From contig CAZINT010000001.1 of assembly GCA_964540825.1 (NCBI GenBank), positions 5,315 to 69,314 on the forward strand: DNA of 64,000 nucleotides, in the 5' to 3' direction. Source of the stretch: an uncultured Gammaproteobacteria bacterium. Its GTDB lineage: Bacteria; Patescibacteriota; Patescibacteriia; Magasanikbacterales; GWA2-37-8. The translations under genes and the position numbers were made by a program. Positions 58,403 to 64,000 of this stretch are shown piece by piece (position 1 is the stretch's first letter; the number at the start of each line of letters is the position of its first letter). Below the pieces are notes generated by a model. It was not told where the DNA came from. It worked only from the letters and a program-made list of their open reading frames with translations, and did not search any database.

Positions 58403-60400
58403 TCAGAGAACGTGCAGTAGCCCGTAGATACCGATGGTCAGGATGCCGAGGGCCTCGCCAGCGATGATACCCCCTCCGATGAGGGGGCTGGTGCTCATAT
58501 CGTCGAGGCCTTCGTTTGCCGAGTCGGGATCGTCGACCTCATCGCTGTGTGGTCTCGGCGTGGTGGCCGATTGCACATGGAGCGGCTCTTCGCGATAGCC
58601 GATGGAGACGACCTCGGTTCTGATCCCGCTGCCTTGGCAGGTACCGCAGGCATCTTCGGTGGCCGGCTTGAAACGAGTAGCAGCCGCTTCGGCGCGCGCC
58701 TCGTTTTCGATGAAGCGAGAGTAGCTTGCGAGTACACCGCCGATCATGTACCAGAGCGAGGTAGAAAGCTCGACGAAGCCTCCGAAGGAGGAGGCGTACG
58801 GCGAGGGGAGGATGATCGCGTCGATCATGAAGCGCAGGAACTTGGATGCCTTTGTACCCCGCTTGAGATAGTTGCGGTAGCGCTGGCTCCGCGCAAGGAG
58901 CTCCCGAAGGAGCTGGGTCACGAAGCCGATCGCGAGGCCGAGTAGGACAGCCTTCTTTGCGACCTCGCGCTTCTGCATGATTTTCGCCAGCTTGGCCGGC
59001 GGCGCTTTCTGGTCGATCGGCACGATGAAGGTGTCGATCGCCCCCTTGAGCTTGTACGTCATTGCTGACTGCCAAGCGGTGGGGCGATCTTCCTTCTTCA
59101 TAATGGTCTGGTCTTTTTGCAGGATCGGGTAGGCCTTCATAAAGAAGAGGGGGAGAAGGACAGAGAGCGCGGCAGCCATCGGGATGCCAAGGACCTGGTA
59201 CCAGAACTGGGTGCGTCGAGGTGTCGACAAACGCTTGCCGGTCGATCTGTCTTGCTGCATGTCGCCGCCGATGCTCATGTTGAGGAGCATGATGGAGGCG
59301 CATAGGAGCGCCGTGTCGACGTTCGTGAGCTTTGTCATGGCCATCACGTAGATAGCGAACACGGTCGCGCTCGAGACAGGGTTCGAATCCGTCATGCCAA
59401 GCGAGAGACCGTTGACGAGCAGGAACACGGCGCTGAGAGCGAGCGCGAGTATGAGGTAGCTGATCGGCTGATAGAGGAAAAAATGTCCGACGATGATGAC
59501 CGCGAGGGCCGAGCCCATGATCCACAGCATCAGGAACGATGACTTGATTTTCTGTTTGTCTTCGTGCTGGATGATCTCGAGGGCGATGACGTTGGTCGTT
59601 GTCTTGGTCTGGCGTGTAAAGAGCTTCATGGTGATGCCGAGAAGCTGGGCGATGAAGGCTCCGAGGATCATGCCGAGCATGATGATGAAGAAGACCTTGC
59701 GGAAAGGGTCTCCAGGCTCGAGCCATTCTATCTTGACCAGGTAGGGCACTAGCTCCTCGCCGATCAGGCCGAGTAGGAAAGCAGGTAGGGTGAGGGTGAC
59801 GCCGAGGATCATGCCGACGCCGATGGTGGAGGCGGATAGGCCGAGCGGCTCGAGAGCAGTCAGCTTCATGCTGGCGATGCCCATGGCGTAGCCAAGGCCG
59901 GTGCCAGTCGCGAGTTTGCTGAGAGACTTGTCGAGCAACACTTTGTTGCACAGGGCGCGTAAGATGTTGGCCGCTCCAAGTCCTGAGGGGAACTTGAGGT
60001 TCATCTTGTCCACGAGAAGTGGAGTGTACGCCATCCCGACGCCGATGCCGAACAGTGAGATCGCTCCGTGGAAGAAGATGAGGGGCATGATCGGGGTCGG
60101 GAGTCCGTACCAGACGCGCACCTGGATGAGGATGCCCATACCAGTCACCGAGGCGACACTCGCCGCCAAGGTCTGGATATAGTTCCCCATGTGCATACCT
60201 TCTGGTCCGTACCGGTAGGTGACGACGCTGCCGAGGATGGAGGCGAAGATCTGGGCACCGATCGCGAAACCGATACTGAAGTTCATGTAGAGCGCGGTCA
60301 CCGCGGCCAAGGGGCCGAGGATGAGCATGGAGACCACGATCAAGATGGCGTGGAGCTGGGGTGTTCCGACCCCAGGCCAACCGAGCTTCGGGATTTTCAT
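58403..60400 (-). CDS. OPT family oligopeptide transporter
   Basis: LKFPSG...A, G.TDSNP.S, GDMQQD..TG.....P...QF, GGG.IAGE; GGAGG SD before ATG 60400. Confidence 0.88.
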   Translation of the reverse strand: MKIPKLGWPGVGTPQLHAILIVVSMLILGPLAAVTALYMNFSIGFAIGAQIFASILGSVVTYRYGPEGMHMGNYIQTLAASVASVTGMGILIQVRVWYGLPTPIMPLIFFHGAISLFGIGVGMAYTPLLVDKMNLKFPSGLGAANILRALCNKVLLDKSLSKLATGTGLGYAMGIASMKLTALEPLGLSASTIGVGMILGVTLTLPAFLLGLIGEELVPYLVKIEWLEPGDPFRKVFFIIMLGMILGAFIAQLLGITMKLFTRQTKTTTNVIALEIIQHEDKQKIKSSFLMLWIMGSALAVIIVGHFFLYQPISYLILALALSAVFLLVNGLSLGMTDSNPVSSATVFAIYVMAMTKLTNVDTALLCASIMLLNMSIGGDMQQDRSTGKRLSTPRRTQFWYQVLGIPMAAALSVLLPLFFMKAYPILQKDQTIMKKEDRPTAWQSAMTYKLKGAIDTFIVPIDQKAPPAKLAKIMQKREVAKKAVLLGLAIGFVTQLLRELLARSQRYRNYLKRGTKASKFLRFMIDAIILPSPYASSFGGFVELSTSLWYMIGGVLASYSRFIENEARAEAAATRFKPATEDACGTCQGSGIRTEVVSIGYREEPLHVQSATTPRPHSDEVDDPDSANEGLDDMSTSPLIGGGIIAGEALGILTIGIYGLLHVL

Positions 60401-60433
60401 GGTACTACCTCCGCCACGTACGTTTGTGGTTGA

Positions 60434-60500
60434 GCTATCAGAGAGTTTGGTTTCACCTGCCAAATAATTCTGGCACGCAATTCCATTTCTCTCTGCTAAC
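60434..60500 (-). promoter_or_regulatory. Conserved structured leader, copy 1
   Basis: Similar to 63139-63206; folds into a long imperfect hairpin. Confidence 0.75.
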
Positions 60501-60574
60501 ATTGTCAAAGACGCTCATAAAAACTATTTTGAACGTAGCACGAAATAATCAGAAAGTCAATGGTTTTCATTATT

Positions 60575-60605
60575 AAAAAACCAACCTTGATGAGGTTGGT
60601 TTTTT
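60575..60605. terminator. Intrinsic terminator after POT gene
   Basis: aaaaaaccaacct-tgatg-aggttggtttttt. Confidence 0.75.
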
Positions 60606-60710
60606 AATTTTCATAGCACAGCTCATTAGAGACGTGCTGTAAGAAGTGCGGCCGTCCTTGCTCAAGGGACGGACCGCGGAGGTGTGCGGGCGGGGGTAAA
60701 AGTCGGGGAT

Positions 60711-63110
60711 TTAATCTTCGATTTTGCTGGGGAGCGCAGCCTCGATGCGTTTCCGATACCAGGACAGAGCGAGGGCGCTGGCGAGTGAGCTTGCGACCAA
60801 GATCGCGAAGAACCGGCTGTGCGGGATGTGCTCCCACAGTTTCTCACCCGTGTCGCCGACAAACTTGTTGCCGACGGCGGTGGCAATGTACCACCCGCCC
60901 ATCAGACGCCCGACCTCATCCTTTGGCGCGAGCTTCGAGATGAGGGAGAGAATCATAGGAGAGACGAGCAGCTCCGCGACGGTCATGACGAAGTACGAGC
61001 TGATCAGCCAGGCAGGAGAGACCTTGCCGTGATCGCCGCCGACGAGGCCGGCGATCGTCATGATGCCGTAGGCAGCTCCAGTGAGCATCATGCCGATGAC
61101 GACCTTGGTGGGCGTTTCGACCTTGATTTTCCAGCGCTCTTCGATCTTACGGATCGCTCGTTGCAGCGGCTTGGTCAGGATGATGATGAACAGCGAGTTG
61201 AACAGCTGGAACACTTCAGGATCCCACGTGGTCCGGGTGTTCTTTTCAGCCCACTCAGTGAGTGTTCCACCGTTTTGGTGGAAGGCCATCCAGAAGAATG
61301 TGCCGACCACGAAGATCAGGTTGAGCCACTTCAGCCGAGCGGTCTGCAGGGCTTCGAAGACAATGTTGGTCGACTTCACGGTGCGGGGCCAGGTTAGGCT
61401 AAGGATCGTCAGAGTGATGCCGCCCCAGAACAGGGCGTCGATCGGCTTGTACTTCAGCTGCGCGATCGGGAGTGAGCCGAGCTTCACAGCGATGAACTCG
61501 TAGGCCATGGAGAGCGGGTTGCGCAGGGCCGCCGTGACGGGCAGGAGTTGGAAAATGGAAGCGATCGTGTAGATGAGGACGATGCTTCCGATCATGAGTC
61601 GTAGTCGGCGCTTCTTCAGGACGAGCGGGGACGGAGGGGTTTCGACCGGCTTCGGCAGATTCAGGTTCTTGGCTTCGGCGTGGCGATGCGCGGCAGTGTC
61701 GGCGCGGAGGATGGTCTTGCGGAAAATGACGAGGGTGATCGTGGCGATCATCATGCCGACCCAGGCAGTGCCGAACGCCCACGACCAGCCGTGATAGCCG
61801 TCGGGGATGATCTGGGTCTGCGTGAAGGGAATCTTACCTGTGCGCATCAGGTTCGCAGCCAGCGACGCGATTGCTGCGCCGATGTTGACGCCGAGGTAGA
61901 AGATACCATAGGCCTCGTCGCGCAGCGGGCTGTTCGCGGGGTAGAGGGCTCCGACCATGGAACTCATCGTTGGCTTGAAAAGGCCGTTGCCGATGACGAG
62001 GAAGACGAGGCCGGTGTAGAACAGAGGGCGACTGCCATGAATGGCGCCGATGCCGTGGCCAATGCTCATGCAGATGGCGCCGATCAGGGCCGAGAGCCAG
62101 TAGCCGAAGCGCCGGTCCGCGTTCCTGCCGCCGTAGTAGGGCGACAAGTACACAAAGGCGATGTAGGAGCCGTAGACTGCGAGGGCTTCGCTGCTCGACA
62201 TGCCCATGCCGCCCTGCTCTATGGGCGTAGAGCAGTAGAGTTTGAGGAGCGACAGCATGAGGTAGAACGAGAGCCTTTCCCACAGCTCGATGAAGCTGAG
62301 TAGATAGATCACCGCCGGGTGGCGGCGTCCGTCCGACTGTTCCGGATCGTACGAGTTGAGTGAGGTTGCGAACTGTTTGAAAAGATGGAAGATGCGCTCG
62401 GGCAGGTGGAAGAAGAACAGAGGGATCTCGAGAACGCTGCCCATGATGTGGCAGGTCACCGCGACCGATGCGGTCAGGTAGGTCATGGGCCAGTAGCCGA
62501 GCTTTTTGGGCGACATGCTCGGTGGGTCGTTCATGTTTTCGAACGTAGTCTTGAGGAGTCCTCGCAGGCGGCCGATGGTGAGATCGACGCCGGTGAGAAG
62601 AAGTCGGTAGCTGTAGATGAGTATTCGGGCGAGGCTCAGGGCGAGGTATGCTCCACAACTGCCGATTTTCTGGAGGCTGATCAAGAGTTGCCGAGTGGGT
62701 CCGTAGGTGCTGAGAATGCTGCCCCAGCGCGGCAGCTCGGTCTCGATGAACCACGTCTGGTAGCAGTACCCGATGTTGGTCAGCCAAGTCGCGCAGCCGA
62801 GCGTGTAGCGCACCTTGGTGGCCGTGTGTGATGTAGAGATCGTGTTTAGGATGTTCGAGAGCATCATCGGCAGGTACTGGACCAACCAGTCGAGTGGCCA
62901 GCAGATGATCGTGCAGCACCATAGCAACGTGCGCACCGGCGCGCTCGCCAGAATGTAAGAATAGGTGCTGTTCGTGTGTTTCGCAACAGCTCCGGCGATG
63001 CGCTTGATTGCGCGATCGATGGTGTGGGCAGCCGACATGATCGACTGCGTCAGATAGGTTCTGACCTGTTCCTCGAGGTCGGGGAAGGTTTCGGTCGCAG
63101 TCGACTTCAT
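60711..63110 (-). CDS. POT/PTR family proton-coupled peptide transporter with long N-terminal extension
   Basis: ELWERLSFY, GG..ADR..G, GNGLFKP, FYLGVNIG, FQ..NS.FI, AEL.VSP. Confidence 0.92.
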   Translation of the reverse strand: MKSTATETFPDLEEQVRTYLTQSIMSAAHTIDRAIKRIAGAVAKHTNSTYSYILASAPVRTLLWCCTIICWPLDWLVQYLPMMLSNILNTISTSHTATKVRYTLGCATWLTNIGYCYQTWFIETELPRWGSILSTYGPTRQLLISLQKIGSCGAYLALSLARILIYSYRLLLTGVDLTIGRLRGLLKTTFENMNDPPSMSPKKLGYWPMTYLTASVAVTCHIMGSVLEIPLFFFHLPERIFHLFKQFATSLNSYDPEQSDGRRHPAVIYLLSFIELWERLSFYLMLSLLKLYCSTPIEQGGMGMSSSEALAVYGSYIAFVYLSPYYGGRNADRRFGYWLSALIGAICMSIGHGIGAIHGSRPLFYTGLVFLVIGNGLFKPTMSSMVGALYPANSPLRDEAYGIFYLGVNIGAAIASLAANLMRTGKIPFTQTQIIPDGYHGWSWAFGTAWVGMMIATITLVIFRKTILRADTAAHRHAEAKNLNLPKPVETPPSPLVLKKRRLRLMIGSIVLIYTIASIFQLLPVTAALRNPLSMAYEFIAVKLGSLPIAQLKYKPIDALFWGGITLTILSLTWPRTVKSTNIVFEALQTARLKWLNLIFVVGTFFWMAFHQNGGTLTEWAEKNTRTTWDPEVFQLFNSLFIIILTKPLQRAIRKIEERWKIKVETPTKVVIGMMLTGAAYGIMTIAGLVGGDHGKVSPAWLISSYFVMTVAELLVSPMILSLISKLAPKDEVGRLMGGWYIATAVGNKFVGDTGEKLWEHIPHSRFFAILVASSLASALALSWYRKRIEAALPSKIED

Positions 63111-63138
63111 GGTTGTCCTCCGTTTTTTTTGGTGTCTG

Positions 63139-63206
63139 GTTACCAGAGAGTCTGGTTTTGCCTGCCGAGTATTTTTCGTCAGACAATTCCGTTTCTCTCT
63201 GCTAAC
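63139..63206 (-). promoter_or_regulatory. Conserved structured leader, copy 2
   Basis: Similar to 60434-60500. Confidence 0.75.
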
Positions 63207-63358
63207 GTTTTCAACGAACTAAAAAAAGTTAAAGCTTTATACCGTTTGACTATAGCGAACTTTAACTCTTGAAGCTAGCATAAAAAATGAGTCTCGTCAA
63301 GGATTCTATTGAGTACAAAAAAACCGCCACAGGGCGGTAGAAAGATTTAATGTGGAAG

Positions 63359-63532
63359 TTACTTTTCAGGAAAGCTAGCAATTTTTTCTTGTAAGTCAGC
63401 AATTTCTCTTTGTGTATCGGCGGCGAACTGTTTCAGGTCAGGTTTAGGCAAGGCAATAATAACCTCTGGTGCGAGCTCTAGAGGCCGTCTAAAATCATGG
63501 TTTTTTTGCTCTGCTGGGCTCTTTTCGAGCAT
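63359..63532 (-). CDS. Small hypothetical protein (57 aa)
   Basis: MLEKSPAEQK...; TTGACA/TACTAT promoter upstream, hairpin downstream. Confidence 0.45.
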   Translation of the reverse strand: MLEKSPAEQKNHDFRRPLELAPEVIIALPKPDLKQFAADTQREIADLQEKIASFPEK

Positions 63533-63704
63533 AGAGTAAAAGTAGACACGATACAAGTATATAGTAGCACAAAAACAGGTTTTTGTCAAGTAGATTTTTG
63601 GCTTAATTGACAAAGAAAAGTGCCTCCCGTACACTAAAGATAGAGTTCTTTTTCCTCTTTATTCTTTGTGTTGACCTGATTAAACGGGTCTTTTTGTCAT
63701 TTAT

Positions 63705-64000
63705 ATGCAAGATAAAATTGTTATTAAAGGTGCCCGCGAGCACAATCTCAAAAATATCACCCTCGAATTGCCGCGCAACAAAATGATTGCATTCACCGGG
63801 CTCTCGGGGAGTGGCAAATCCAGTCTCGCCTTCGACACCATTTTTGCTGAAGGCCAACGCCGCTATATTGAAAGTCTGTCGGCCTATGCTCGTCAATTTT
63901 TGGGCGGTATGCAGAAGCCGGATGTTGACGAGATCGAAGGATTGTCACCGGCTATTTCTATTGACCAAAAAGCGCATAGTGCCAATCCGCGTTCGACGGT
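63705..64000 (+). CDS. uvrA: Excinuclease ABC subunit A, 3' partial
   Basis: [18 protein letters not shown]...[24 protein letters not shown]. Confidence 0.97.
   Translation, partial: MQDKIVIKGAREHNLKNITLELPRNKMIAFTGLSGSGKSSLAFDTIFAEGQRRYIESLSAYARQFLGGMQKPDVDEIEGLSPAISIDQKAHSANPRST

Noticed and set aside
58539-60380. 613-aa alternate-frame ORF in the OPT gene (and 450-aa 61834-63186 in the POT gene)
   Set aside because: Arg/His/Pro-rich frames expected from high GC3; no motifs or SD
60434-60500. Glycine riboswitch or T-box identity for the transporter leaders
   Set aside because: No GGAGA/CCGAAG/CUCAGG arrangement and no UGGNACC antiterminator
60401-60508. N-terminal extension or leader peptide MTMLAERNGI...
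   Set aside because: SD supports ATG 60400; the second copy has an in-frame stop and an indel

Overview
Bacterial chromosomal segment that looks like Patescibacteria/CPR (inferred from the DUF4012, PilB and baseplate-J-like genes, tRNAs without encoded CCA and mostly SD-less AT-rich starts). The backbone carries a GlmU-like/glmS/yvcK cluster, a three-gene ATP-citrate-lyase-type system, malic enzyme, DNA repair genes, rnc-nusB-rpmF, gyrA, rpsA, ftsH, hpt-thrS-miaA, a glycosyltransferase cluster, an MgtE-N/NRAMP pair, rnpB, rodA, uvrB, a partial uvrA and three tRNAs. GC-rich accessory genes are scattered through it, each with its own promoter and usually a strong SD. Main non-obvious signals: (1) a ~68-nt structured leader shared by two unrelated peptide transporter genes (OPT and POT) between uvrB and uvrA, a candidate new cis-regulatory RNA; (2) a compact Thr-specifier T-box upstream of hpt-thrS; (3) an orphan gene ending in a DGR variable-region-like segment; (4) boxA-like motifs in accessory-gene leaders; (5) a 33-aa histone-H1-like peptide gene missing from the ORF track; (6) a tRNA-Lys 3'-end duplication. 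All calls were made by eye, without database searches.
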